A stretch of DNA of 64,000 nt. Source: a bacterium. GTDB taxonomy: Bacteria; Hinthialibacterota; Hinthialibacteria; Hinthialibacterales; Hinthialibacteraceae. A program made the translations under genes and the position numbers. Below the pieces are notes generated by a model, which was given only the letters and a program-made list of their open reading frames with translations, was not told the origin of the DNA and did not search any database. Of this stretch, positions 1 through 10,900 are shown piece after piece. Each line of letters opens with the position of its first letter. The first letter of the stretch is position 1. Location of the stretch: the NCBI GenBank assembly GCA_963663405.2, contig CAXXSM010000110.1:125229-189228 (forward strand). The letters run 5' to 3'.

Positions 1-1
1 A

Positions 2-2248
2 ATTCTGCTGGGTCACCTCATCCAGCTGCGTAATCGCGGTTCGAATCTGATCGGCTCCATTCGCTTGTTCCAGACTCGAGGCTGTGATATCCCGTACAAG
101 AGTCGACGCTTCATTTAACGCTTCGGCGACTTGTTTGGCGCTCTCTTGAATCGCCGATAAGCCCGCGTTGGACTCGTCCGCCATCTGACTGCCTTCATTG
201 ATGATTTCGGAGGATTTTTCGATTTTCTGAGCGATATCTTTCGCCGCGATCTGGCTGCGTTCCGCCAATTTTCGGACTTCGACGGCCACGACGGCGAATC
301 CCTTACCCGCCTCCCCGGCGCGAGCCGCTTCAATCGCCGCGTTCAACGCCAACAGATTCGTTTGATCCGCAATATCGGTAATAAGATCGATTACATTCAC
401 GATCTCTTTCGAACTCTCCTGAATCTCTTTCATCGAGAAACCCAATTTCTGTACTTGCTCGATCCCTTTTTTCGCTGTTTCCAGGGATTCATCTGAAAGT
501 TTGCTCGCTTGATTTACACGATCGTCTGTATTTCTCGCGTTCTCCGCGTTTTGCTCGATCGCAGTGCTCAATTCTTCGATCGACGCCGACGTCTCTTCCA
601 AACTCGCCGCCTGCTCCGTCGCCGCATTGGATAGATTTTGTGACGAAGCGGAAAGTTCCTCCGAACCAGACGCCACTTGCTCGGCCGAATGTCTAATATC
701 CGCCATCACATTTTGTAAGTTCTTTGACATGGAATTCAGTGCTTCCACCAATTGACCGATTTCATCTTTTTGAACGAGCGTAATTTGTTGGGTTAAATCC
801 CCATTCGCGACCGATTCCGCAAATTTAACTCCCATCTGAAGGGGCTTGACAATCATGCGGGTAATAAACACCGCCAAGGCGACGCCGATCAACACCGCAA
901 TGACAAGGCCGATGACGACTGCCTGGGACGCCGCGGTTAATGAATCCAACGTTTGAGACGCGATATTCGTGGTTTGATCGATCCCAGCCTGCGACATGTC
1001 TTGCGCTTTCGCGAGAACGGTATTTCCTGCTTGCACCCGTTTCGTACCCAATTCCTGGACGGCCAGCCAATTGGTCAGCAGCGCGTTCATGGCGGTCTTG
1101 TAACCTGCCGCGGACGCTTTCGTATTATCGATCCGGTCGAGATCGACTTGCAAATGCGTGATTTTACGGAGGTCTTCAAATTTCTTGTCCATGGCTTTAA
1201 AGTTGGATTGCGCGTTCTGAATCAACTCGGGAGAGCGTTCGGCTTGGGACCGCCATGCGGCCAACCGGGTCGCATTCCCTAAATCGATGATGTCATTGAC
1301 GTACGTGATCTTATCGTGACGTTCTGTGAGCGTTGTTTTGAACGCCGCAATTTCCTTGTCCAGTTTCTGGTTCTGCCCTTTGATGAAATCATTGCAATTC
1401 GTCATATACGCTAACGCTGAGTCTTCCAACTGCTTTTTCACGCTTTCTGTGCTTCCATCATTGATGAGTTCGTTAATCGCTTCCTTATATGAGTTCGCGG
1501 CATTCTGGGTATTTTCGATACGATCCAAATCCTCCTTGAGATGTGTGATTTTTGTCAATTCCCCCATTTTTTTGTCTGTCTCAGGGAACAGAACTAATGC
1601 CTGCTTGGCCAAGTCAGGATTCTGCTCCGCTTGCGACTTCCATACGGCTAAACGAATGGCATTCCCCAAATCGATTATCTCATTGACTAGGTTGATTTTT
1701 TGCACTCGCTCATGAATTAAAATAAAATTGGCCTCAATTTCTTGTGCCATGTTATCGTTCTGGTCCTGCAAAAAATCTGAACAATTCTTCATATACGCCG
1801 CCGCGGTATCATCCATCTGTTTGCGATTGTTCGAAATCTCTTTGTTTTTTTCTACGGTTTGATTGGCGTATTGATCGTATTCATTGACTTGCGATTCCAC
1901 CTCCTGAATCGAGGCCGCCAGTTTGACCAGATGAGGCGATTCTTCCGCCAGTTGTTTCGCTTCGGTTAAATTTTTCTTGACTTCAGATAAGTATTTTTGG
2001 CCTTCCTGCAGATACGCATTCTCCTCTGTCAAACCATACCCGCGCATGTTGTACATGGTCAGTAACGAATTCCGCTCGATTTCATTCGCGATTTTGACTT
2101 CGGGAACGTATTCATTGGCTAACACGGCCGCTTCTGTTTTGACTCCCCCCATCTTAACAAACGCAAGGCCGCCGACAAAAATAGAAATGAGCAGCAGACA
2201 TCCAAATCCGATTCCGATCTTCAGACCGAGTTTCATGTTTTTAAACAT
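2..2248 (-). CDS. methyl-accepting chemotaxis protein (3' end runs off the window start; absent from the ORF track)
   Basis: Hand translation from ATG 2248: [18 protein letters not shown]1, large periplasmic domain, TM2 ([20 protein letters not shown]), HAMP (KPL...GDLT...DEIGQL), signalling hairpin [40 protein letters not shown]. No stop before base 2. Confidence 0.95.
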   Translation of the reverse strand, partial: MFKNMKLGLKIGIGFGCLLLISIFVGGLAFVKMGGVKTEAAVLANEYVPEVKIANEIERNSLLTMYNMRGYGLTEENAYLQEGQKYLSEVKKNLTEAKQLAEESPHLVKLAASIQEVESQVNEYDQYANQTVEKNKEISNNRKQMDDTAAAYMKNCSDFLQDQNDNMAQEIEANFILIHERVQKINLVNEIIDLGNAIRLAVWKSQAEQNPDLAKQALVLFPETDKKMGELTKITHLKEDLDRIENTQNAANSYKEAINELINDGSTESVKKQLEDSALAYMTNCNDFIKGQNQKLDKEIAAFKTTLTERHDKITYVNDIIDLGNATRLAAWRSQAERSPELIQNAQSNFKAMDKKFEDLRKITHLQVDLDRIDNTKASAAGYKTAMNALLTNWLAVQELGTKRVQAGNTVLAKAQDMSQAGIDQTTNIASQTLDSLTAASQAVVIGLVIAVLIGVALAVFITRMIVKPLQMGVKFAESVANGDLTQQITLVQKDEIGQLVEALNSMSKNLQNVMADIRHSAEQVASGSEELSASSQNLSNAATEQAASLEETSASIEELSTAIEQNAENARNTDDRVNQASKLSDESLETAKKGIEQVQKLGFSMKEIQESSKEIVNVIDLITDIADQTNLLALNAAIEAARAGEAGKGFAVVAVEVRKLAERSQIAAKDIAQKIEKSSEIINEGSQMADESNAGLSAIQESAKQVAEALNEASTLVRDITASSLEQANGADQIRTAITQLDEVTQQN

Positions 2249-2322
2249 TCTTTTTCTCTCCTCTTTTTTTTCTATTTCAGCTCTTTTTTTGTGTCCTCTT
2301 TCTTTGTTAGTTGCAAATCCAA

Positions 2323-2805
2323 TCACGCGGCTGTTTTGGCGATCTCTTCACGCTCTCTGGCGCTAAACATATGATCCAGTTCGAGCAGGATGATCAGCCG
2401 GTCTTCCAACTTCCCCATCCCCGAAATAAATTCCGTATCGATGTCCGCTCCCATCGGAGGAGGCGGATCGATACAATCTTGATCCAAGGTTCGCACCTCA
2501 CTCACCGCATCCACAATGAGACCCATCACTTCCTTTTTGATCTCCACAACAATAATCCGCGCGGTATGATCGCTTTCATTTTCAGGTAATTCAAACCGGC
2601 GCCGTAAATCTACAACGGGGATCACCCGTCCCCGCAGATTAAGAACGCCCTCAATAAACTCCGCCGATTGAGGGATCCGGGTCAGTTTTTTATACCGGAT
2701 AATCTCCTGCACCCGCAAAATGGGAATCCCGTATTCTTCCCTCGCCAACGTAAAACTGACAAATTGCATTCCTGCATGCTGGCTCTCACTTGCGCTTTTC
2801 ATCAT
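2323..2805 (-). CDS. cheW: chemotaxis coupling protein CheW
   Basis: [18 protein letters not shown]...[21 protein letters not shown]...[10 protein letters not shown]; directly upstream of the MCP. Confidence 0.95.
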   Translation of the reverse strand: MMKSASESQHAGMQFVSFTLAREEYGIPILRVQEIIRYKKLTRIPQSAEFIEGVLNLRGRVIPVVDLRRRFELPENESDHTARIIVVEIKKEVMGLIVDAVSEVRTLDQDCIDPPPPMGADIDTEFISGMGKLEDRLIILLELDHMFSAREREEIAKTAA

Positions 2806-2838
2806 GAATTCCTTTCTCCTTCTAATGGATTCATCACA

Positions 2839-3225
2839 TCATGATTCGCTTAACATGTTCTGCTTCGTTGCTATCTTCTGGATGACTTGAAACATATCGC
2901 TGATATCCTGTTCCTTACGGCAAACTATTTTGGGCCGCAGTTTTTGACAGGCGTGTAACAAGGATGAGTCTGGAGAAGACAAGATGACAAATAGTGGAAC
3001 ATCGGATATGAGGTTTTTAATCGACGCAAACTCCTCAATATCACTTTTCTTATCGATGTACAAAACCAGGACGCTTGGAGATTGAAGATTGAAAAGCATG
3101 TCTCGAACGCAAGCCGCGGGATGTTGATAGATGTGGAGATCCGATATGGAATTCTTTTCTATAACCTTAGCTAGAAATCCGGGATCATACATTATTGTTT
3201 CAGGTTTGAATAAATAATAGTTCAT
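2839..3225 (-). CDS. small receiver-like (degenerate REC fold) hypothetical protein, first gene after the sigma54 promoter
   Basis: ATG 3225 (MNYYLFK) has an AAGGAAGGAG RBS and fits the promoter better than ATG 3255. Alternating beta/alpha pattern (VLVLYID, PLFVILS, LRPKIVC). The fold is an inference. Confidence 0.6.
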   Translation of the reverse strand: MNYYLFKPETIMYDPGFLAKVIEKNSISDLHIYQHPAACVRDMLFNLQSPSVLVLYIDKKSDIEEFASIKNLISDVPLFVILSSPDSSLLHACQKLRPKIVCRKEQDISDMFQVIQKIATKQNMLSES

Positions 3226-3271
3226 AGGCTCCTTCCTTTTCTCAATCGCCTGCATCCCGTTATAACCCTAT

Positions 3272-3287
3272 GGCAAGATAGGGACCA
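3272..3287 (-). promoter_or_regulatory. sigma54 (-24/-12) promoter
   Basis: Minus strand reads TGGTCCCTATCTTGCC, with exact GG-N10-GC spacing (consensus TGGCAC-N5-TTGC). It lies just downstream of a sigma54 activator gene. Confidence 0.8.
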
Positions 3288-3303
3288 AATAATCAATTAT
3301 TGA

Positions 3304-3456
3304 TAAGTTCTTGATAATTAAGGAGTTATAGAATTTCGAGATTAACGAAACCCTTCGAAACGATCGAAGGTTGTCTACGATCGTGGACAGGATTCACAAA
3401 AAGGACAAATTTGAAATGAGGGAAGGCTGCAGAAAGATATTAATAAGTTATTGATT
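3304..3456 (-). promoter_or_regulatory. two IHF-like binding sites
   Basis: TATCAAGAACTTA (3304-3316) and AATCAATAACTTA (3444-3456) on the minus strand both match WATCAA-N4-TTR and lie between the promoter and the palindromic boxes. Confidence 0.65.
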
Positions 3457-3544
3457 ATTCATAACTTACAGAAATCTAAACTGGATTGAATCCCGAAAAA
3501 TAGAGGTTTGTCTACGATCGTGGACTGAGTCTACGATCGTAGAC
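3373..3544. promoter_or_regulatory. three 16-bp palindromic boxes, candidate upstream activator sequences
   Basis: GTCTACGATCGTGGAC at 3373-3388 and 3510-3525; perfect palindrome GTCTACGATCGTAGAC at 3529-3544. Confidence 0.7.
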
Positions 3545-3575
3545 AAGTGTGAAATGAAGGAAGAATGAAGTGGGA

Positions 3576-4973
3576 TTAAGAATCATCTTTTGTTAAATGA
3601 TATTTGTGGAGGAGTTTATACAAGCCCGAACGGGATACACCAGAAATCCGGCACGCCTCTGGAATATCCCCTTGACATCGTTCCATCACAATTCGTAAAT
3701 ACTCTTCTTCCATCTTGTTCTTATAATCCGATAAATTCATGATTTCTTCGCTGGCATGGTTTCCGACTCGAAAAGTATCGTCTTTGTTTTTTGGAGAATC
3801 AAACGACCTTTTTTTTAGCGCAAGCCGAATTCGATCGGGCAGGTGTTGTGGGTATAACCGGGGGGCGTCGAGAGAAGAAAAGAAGGCCTTCTCAATCGCA
3901 TTCTTCAATTCTCGTATATTACCCGGCCAATGATAAGCCATTAATGTTTCGAAAAATTCGGATGAAAAAGATTTCAATTCGACGCCGGTTTGTTCGCTCA
4001 GTTTGGATGCGTGATGAATGGAGATATCCCGGATATCCTCCTTCCGCTCGCGCAATGGAGGTAACCGCATAATAAATGTTTGTAACCGGTAATACAGATC
4101 GTTTCTAAAACTCCCCTCCTGAACCATGTCTTCAAGATTCTTATTCGTCGCTGAAACCAACCGGAAATCACATGGGATTTCTCGTGCGCTTCCCACAGGC
4201 CGGAAGCGCCGTTCTTGCAAAACACGCAAAAACGTTTTCTGGAGATCGGGGGTTAATTCGCCGATTTCATCCAAAAAGAGTGTGCCACCGTTCGCCTGCG
4301 CGATTAAGCCTTCTCTTCGTTTCTCCGCCCCGGTAAACGAACCTTTTTCATGACCGAATAAGAGACTCTCGGCTAAGGTCTCAGGAAATGAGGCGCAATC
4401 GACCGTGACAAAATTACCCGCGATCCGCCGGCTATTATTATGGATCGCCCAGGCGAACAGTTCTTTGCCCGTGCCGCTTTCTCCGGTGATTAATACGTCC
4501 GTTTCGCTGCTGGCGGCCATGGCCAATTGATTTAAACACTGCTTGATTAACGGACTGTTCCCGATGATCCCTTCCCGGTCCAGAGGAATCGTTTTCTGTT
4601 TCTGTTTTTCCTCATGGTGCTGTAACGCCCGCAGAAGCGGAAGTTGGATTGTTTCGATTTCTGCTCCTTTTTCAATGTAATCCCATGCGCCATGCTGAAT
4701 CGCTAATTCGGCTCCATCGGAATCGGCGTATCCTGTGATGATAATGATCTCCGGCGAGGAAGCGGTTTCTTTGATTTGTGGCAGGATCTCCAACCCGTTC
4801 CCATCCGGCAACACGACATCCAAAAAGACCACCTCATAGGCATTATTCTTTGCCTTAGTCAGGCCTTCGGAGAGTGTTTCCGCACAATCACAATCCAATC
4901 CCATATTGTTAACAAGATTGGATAGAAACGCGCGCATTGTCTTATCGTCATCGAGAACTAAAATTCGTGGCAT
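3576..4973 (-). CDS. NtrC-family sigma54-dependent response regulator (REC-AAA+-HTH)
   Basis: REC (VLDDD, FLDVVLPDGNG), Walker A GESGTGKE, GSFTGA loop, Walker B LFLDEIGE, WPGNIREL, C-terminal Fis-type HTH. Confidence 0.96.
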   Translation of the reverse strand: MPRILVLDDDKTMRAFLSNLVNNMGLDCDCAETLSEGLTKAKNNAYEVVFLDVVLPDGNGLEILPQIKETASSPEIIIITGYADSDGAELAIQHGAWDYIEKGAEIETIQLPLLRALQHHEEKQKQKTIPLDREGIIGNSPLIKQCLNQLAMAASSETDVLITGESGTGKELFAWAIHNNSRRIAGNFVTVDCASFPETLAESLLFGHEKGSFTGAEKRREGLIAQANGGTLFLDEIGELTPDLQKTFLRVLQERRFRPVGSAREIPCDFRLVSATNKNLEDMVQEGSFRNDLYYRLQTFIMRLPPLRERKEDIRDISIHHASKLSEQTGVELKSFSSEFFETLMAYHWPGNIRELKNAIEKAFFSSLDAPRLYPQHLPDRIRLALKKRSFDSPKNKDDTFRVGNHASEEIMNLSDYKNKMEEEYLRIVMERCQGDIPEACRISGVSRSGLYKLLHKYHLTKDDS

Positions 4974-4984
4974 AGCGGTTTTAC

Positions 4985-7900
4985 TTATTCGTTTCCACTC
5001 TTTTTGGTTAACAATTTTGATAATACTTGGGACAGTTTCTCTATCGTCAATGGTTTGTACAGCATTTCTTTAATTCCCGCCGTCAGGGCAATTTCCGGCG
5101 TAATGCGTTCATCATAACCGGTATAAAGAATGATGGGAATGGCAGGTCTGATTTTCAAGATTTCCTTCGAAAGGTTTAATCCCGTCATGACCGGCATCGT
5201 TTGATCGGTCAAGACAAGATCAAACGTGTTGGGAGAATCCCGGAAGGTTTCCAGCGCCTCCATTCCGTTGTGACAAATCACGGGGCGATAACCCAATGTT
5301 TCGAGCATCCGTCCGACCATCTTGCGCAGCATTTCTTCGTCATCCGCGAATAATATCCGTTCCTGATTCCCCTGTACAATTGAAGAATCTTCGCGGACCG
5401 TTTCTTCTTGGTTCTTCGATGTGGGGAAATAAATGTTGAACGCAGTTCCTTCGCCCAGCGTACTCTCAAATTCGATTCCACCTTGATGATTCTTCACAAT
5501 GCCCAATACGACCGAAAGGCCCAAACCAGCGCCTTCGCTTTTGTCTTTGGTCGTAAAGAAGGGATCAAAAATCTTCGTCTGGATCTCCTCCGGAATTCCA
5601 TCTCCCGTATCCCGAATCGATAAACGAACGTACTCACCCGGTTTTAATTCCGCAAGCAGCAATTGTAGTTTTTCACGGATGACGTAGTCCCGCAATTCGA
5701 TTTCCAAGATCCCGCCGGTCTCCCGCATCGCATGGGCGGCGTTCGTGCAAAGATTCATGATCACTTGATGGATTTGATTTAGATCGGCTGAAATGGCCGC
5801 TTCGCTAGCGATTCGCTGTTGGATTTCGATGGATGAAGGCAAGGTCGAGCGCAGCAGTTTAATCGCCTCTTTTATGACGGGCGCGATGGCTAATGAACTT
5901 TTTCGCGTTTCACTCTTCCGGCTGAACGCCAGGATCTGTTTCACCAAGTTTTTCGCCCGCTTTGAAGCCTCCAGAACGGATTGTAAATTATCTTTTAATT
6001 CCTCCCGATCGTCTGTATTCATCGCCAATTGCGTGAATCCCATGACACCCGCGAGTATATTATTGAAATCGTGAGCGACTCCTCCCGCCAACGTTCCCAG
6101 CGCCTCCAATTTCTGCACTTGCAGGAACTGTTTCTCCAATTCCGTCCGTTCTTTTTCCACTTGCTTGCGATCCGTGATATCCCGGTTGCTGGCTCGATAG
6201 CCGATATATTTTCCATTATCGTCATACACCGGCTGACATACATGTTCCAGCCAGCTTTCATTTCCATCCCGCCGTACGATCCGGAACTCGATGAAATAGT
6301 TCGTTTTCTTTTCTTCCTGTTCGCATCGATGGTTCACCCATATTTCCTTATCCTCTGGATGCACTATCTTATCGATTAACGCAGGATTATTGATATACTC
6401 TTCCGGTTTATACGATGAGATTCGTTCACACGAAGGAGAAATGTAGGTCACGCTTCCATCTGGCGATATCCAATATTCCCAGTCAAATGTGAAATCAGCG
6501 ACCGTGCGAAATTTGCTTTCGCTATCATGTAATTCTTGTTCGTATCTCTTTTGCTCCGTGATATCGTCAAAAACAGCGATGACCTCGCCGCTAGGCAGTT
6601 TGAAGAGATAGTTTTCAACCCAAATTTGTATAATATCGTCTTCATATTGAGTGAGTGGCAGTGTTTCCGGTTTCCCGGTTCTCCACACTCGTTGTAACGC
6701 GTCAAAAATCCCCATCTCTTTGACACTGGGATACATCTCATGAATACTCTTGCCGATATGATCTTCACGGGTTCTTTTTCCAATTCGACACCCAGCGATG
6801 TTGATGTCTTTGAAAGTGAAATCGTTCCCGTTATCAATCGCTTCGTACACAGCCACCCCGGATGCCATATGATCGACGATCTCATGAAATTGCCGCTCAC
6901 TTTCGCGCAGCGCTATTTCGGCTTTCTTGCGCTCGGTTGTATCCAGTCCAAATTCAACCAACGCGGTGACGGCTCCCTTCTCATTTAAGACTGGATACCC
7001 ACGGATATGCCAAAATCGTCCATCCGGAGTTTGCGTATCGCTTTGCTGAGGAGTTTTTGTATCCCGCGCTTTTAACACAGGACAATCTTCGCAAGGCTCA
7101 CTGCGTTGACCCCAAATTTCATAACAATGAAGTCCAACCAATTCTTTTTTCGTTTTGCCGACCGATTCACCCGCGGCGCGGTTGGCCCAGATGACGCGTA
7201 AATCGAGATTGTAGTAGGCTACCATTTCGGAAGTGGAGTTTAAGATGATATTCTTCTGCCGTTCACTTTCCCGAAGGGACTCCTCAGCCTGCTTGCGCTC
7301 TGTGATGTCGTAATTGATTCCAATCATCCGGACTGGATTGCCCTCTTCGTCCTCTATCACGAGGGCGTTCGCCTTGATGTAACGAATATCGCCATCAGGC
7401 CGAATTATACGGAATTCCGTGTCAAATTCTTGCCCTTCCTTGACCGCCGCTTCAACTTCCTCATTCACTCGTTCTAGATCTTCCGGATGAACTCCCTTTT
7501 GCCATTCTTCATATACGTCTTCAAAATTCTCCGGAGAAATTCCATACAGCTGGAACATCCAATGATCCCACGTCAATCGATTATGAACGATATCAAGATC
7601 CCATACGCCAATCCCCGCGGAATCTGCAGCCAGTTTCATCTTTCGAGTCTCGTGCAATAAGGTTTCTTCCGCCCGCCTGCGCTCGGTGATATCTGTTAAT
7701 GCCGCAACCATGCCGATAACCGATCCCGTAAGGTCTTTTAGAGGCGCGGCATTAATGGAAAGTAAGACTCGACGGCCACCAGGAAACTCGATCGCGTGTT
7801 CAATTTCATAGACGGGCATGCCTGTCCTTCGGACAATGTTAAATGGCAGTTGCTCCTCCGGAAAGTCTTCCCCTTTAGGATCAGAAATCCTCCATTCGGG

Positions 7901-10900
7901 GTCGTTATAAGCGCGTTTTGTGATTTTATCCTGAGTCAAACCCAGCAAAGTTTCTGCCTCGGAATTCGCAAAGTTGATCCGTCCTTCGATATCGACGAAG
8001 GTGATTGCGACCGGGCTCGTAGTCGTGATCATTTCGAGCAAGTTATGTTTTTCACGAAGTTCATCCATGGTCAACCGCAACTGCGCGGCTGTTTCTTTCT
8101 CCCGCTCCTCCGCTCGTTTGCGGTCCGTGATGTCTTGGAAACTTCCAATTAACTTGACTGTTTTTCCATCTTTGATTTGAGGTTGGCAAATGGTGCGAGT
8201 CCATAACTCATTCCCTTTTGCGTTAATGAAGCGTAATTCCATGTCATAAGGTTCACCATGGTCTATAGACCGTTGAATCGCTTGTGATAATCGGTCACGA
8301 TCGCCGGGATGGAAAAAGTTAATGGCTTCTTCTAATGGAGGAATGTGATCCATGGGGACTTCATGTATGCGGTATGTCTCATTTGTCCATTGAACTTCAA
8401 GCGTTTGGATATCGACTTCCCATCCACCCACGCGCGCCATACGGCCGGTCGCATCGAGGAGTGCTTCACTTTTTCTTAATGCCTCTTCGGTTTGCTTACG
8501 CTGGGTTACGTCGCGAAAGATACCCATGGCGCCTTGTATATCATTTATCGTTAGGAGAGAACAATTGATATCCGCATAAAAAACAGAACCATCTTTTCTT
8601 TTTACGGGCATATCTATGGCGAGTTGAATCTCTCCATTAACTTGTTTTCTAAACTGCTCGAGAACATACTCTACACTGTCCTCTGGATGAATATCTTTAA
8701 CGCTTAGTTCCAACAGTTCAGCGTGGGAATAGCCAAGCATTTGACACATGGCGTGATTGGCGTCAAGAAATTTTTCTGTTTTTGGATCGGCCAGTAGAAA
8801 ACCATCCATCGCGCCGTCGTAAATCGATTTCAATCGCGCTTCACTTTCTTGCAAAGCCGTTTCAGCCCGCTTGTTATTTACAACACTATTTACACTTGTT
8901 AGGAAAGAAGTAACTTGAGAGACATCATCTTGATTGTAATTCGATCGGCAGTTAGCCACACCCGCAACAGAGATGATTTTTCCACTGGCGATATAAGGAA
9001 CGACCAATAGATTGGTTAACGGTACGTGACCGTCTGGTAATCCCATTTTTGCTGGATGGCTGGCGGGATAATCATTTAATATAAAAGGCTTTCTATGCCG
9101 GATCGCCTCTGCCCACACACCAGCTTCGCCGATAGGAAAGTCGACGGGCTTATCCACCATTGTACATTGTTCCATGGCGGCGCCATTCCACGAGTGGATG
9201 GTCATTACCGTTTCATCCGCATTGAGAAAACCGTAAAATCCAAATTGACTGCCGGTCATCTCCACAATTGTTTGAAGGACATGATCGCAGATTGTTTTAA
9301 AATTAGACTCTGATAAGGAAGCGACGCTCCAGAGCGCTCTTAATCGCGCTTCGCTTTTTTGTAACGTGAATTCCGCCTGTTTCCGCGCGGTGATATCCTG
9401 AGCGAAGGCGAATTCCAATTCTTCCTCCTCGTAGTTGATATAATGGCCTATCACTTCTCTATAAATCGTTTTCCCACTAGAGGTTTGATGCTTCGTTTCA
9501 AAAATCAGCGTACCTTCCTTTTTTTGCCTTTCCCAATGCGCTTGTCTCGCTTCTTCCGGATAATTCGGATCAACGTCGTGTACGTTCTTTCCAATAAGTT
9601 CCTCAAGGGGATAACCGAGTTCTTCCGCAGCCTTTTTATTCACATGTAAAAACCGGCCTTCCGGTGTAATCCAAAAAATACTGACAGAAGCGTTTTCAAT
9701 ACAATACTCCATCAAATGCTTGGATCGTTCCGCCGCTTTTTTCTCGGTGATATCGGTGGCGAGGGAAAGTATATAAGATTGACCTTCCATTTCAATCAAT
9801 TCAGCGGAATAGAGGCAGATTCCCGTAGATCCATCCGCTCTCGTAAAATCTAATTCTAGATCCTTGACGCGTCCTTCCGCTTCCAGGAGTGTAAAAAACA
9901 TCTCCCTATCTTTGGATTTCAATAATCCCAATTCGGTGGATGTCGCGCCAATAGTCTGATCGCGGCTGTAACCGGTGAAACGAACGAAGGTGTCGTTTAC
10001 GTCTAGACAGCGTCCATCTTTGAACGAACTGATCACCATTAGAATTGGCGCGTTGTGAAAAGCCTTTGAGAATTTCTCCTCTGAAGATCGTAACTCATTC
10101 TCAATTTTTTTACGATCAGTGATATCGGTTAACATCGCAAATGAGCCAACAAAATCTCCTTGTTGGTCATGCTGCGCCGTAGCCGAAACATTTGCCCAAA
10201 GAATCGATCCGTCCTTCCGCTTGAATCGCCTCTCATAAACACTGTCTTGACCATTCACCCGCAAGGTCATTTGTTCTTCATGATCGGCTAGATCCTCCGG
10301 AAGCATAAAACTACTCAATTGCCTGCCCAGCATTTCCTCTTTTTTATACCCTAACATCTCAGTCATTCGGTGATTGACGTACGTCGTACGTTGCTGCGTG
10401 TCTATAACCCAAATCCCCTCGTGGGCGGTCTCCGCTATTTGACGATATTTCTCTTCGCTGGCTTTCAATGCGTTCCGGATCTCTCGATCGCGATTAGCCA
10501 AACGTTCCGCCCAGATCATCGCCCCGCAGGTCTGAGTCAACGGTCTAACAAACTCAGCGATTTCTTCGGTATAGCCCTCCGGACGATTGGCGACACCCGC
10601 CACACCTATGATTTTTCCGGCGAAAAATAATGGGATTCCCATGAAACTGGTTATGGATGGATGCCCTGGGGGAATTCCTCGAAAACGAGGATGCTGCGGA
10701 GCCTCGTTGGCGATTATGGTCTTTCCTTCAAGTACCGGCGCTCCAGCAAGATTGTCCAAATTCCGAAATTCCAGGTTCCGTTCAACCAGTTCTTTATATA
10801 TACGGTGAGAATCATCATCCCAAGAGATAGCAGATAGGGCTAAACTTAATTTGTACGGGGAACCGTCGGAATCAAACAACACTTCATCCAAAAAACCATA

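Noticed and set aside
115-2366. Short ORFs listed in the first 2.3 kb (and similar antisense ORFs throughout)
   Set aside because: They are shadows of the MCP or other long genes and have no motifs of their own.
3373-3544. Repeated palindromes as a mini-CRISPR array
   Set aside because: Only 16 bp long, irregular spacing (121 and 3 bp), no cas genes; position fits activator sites.
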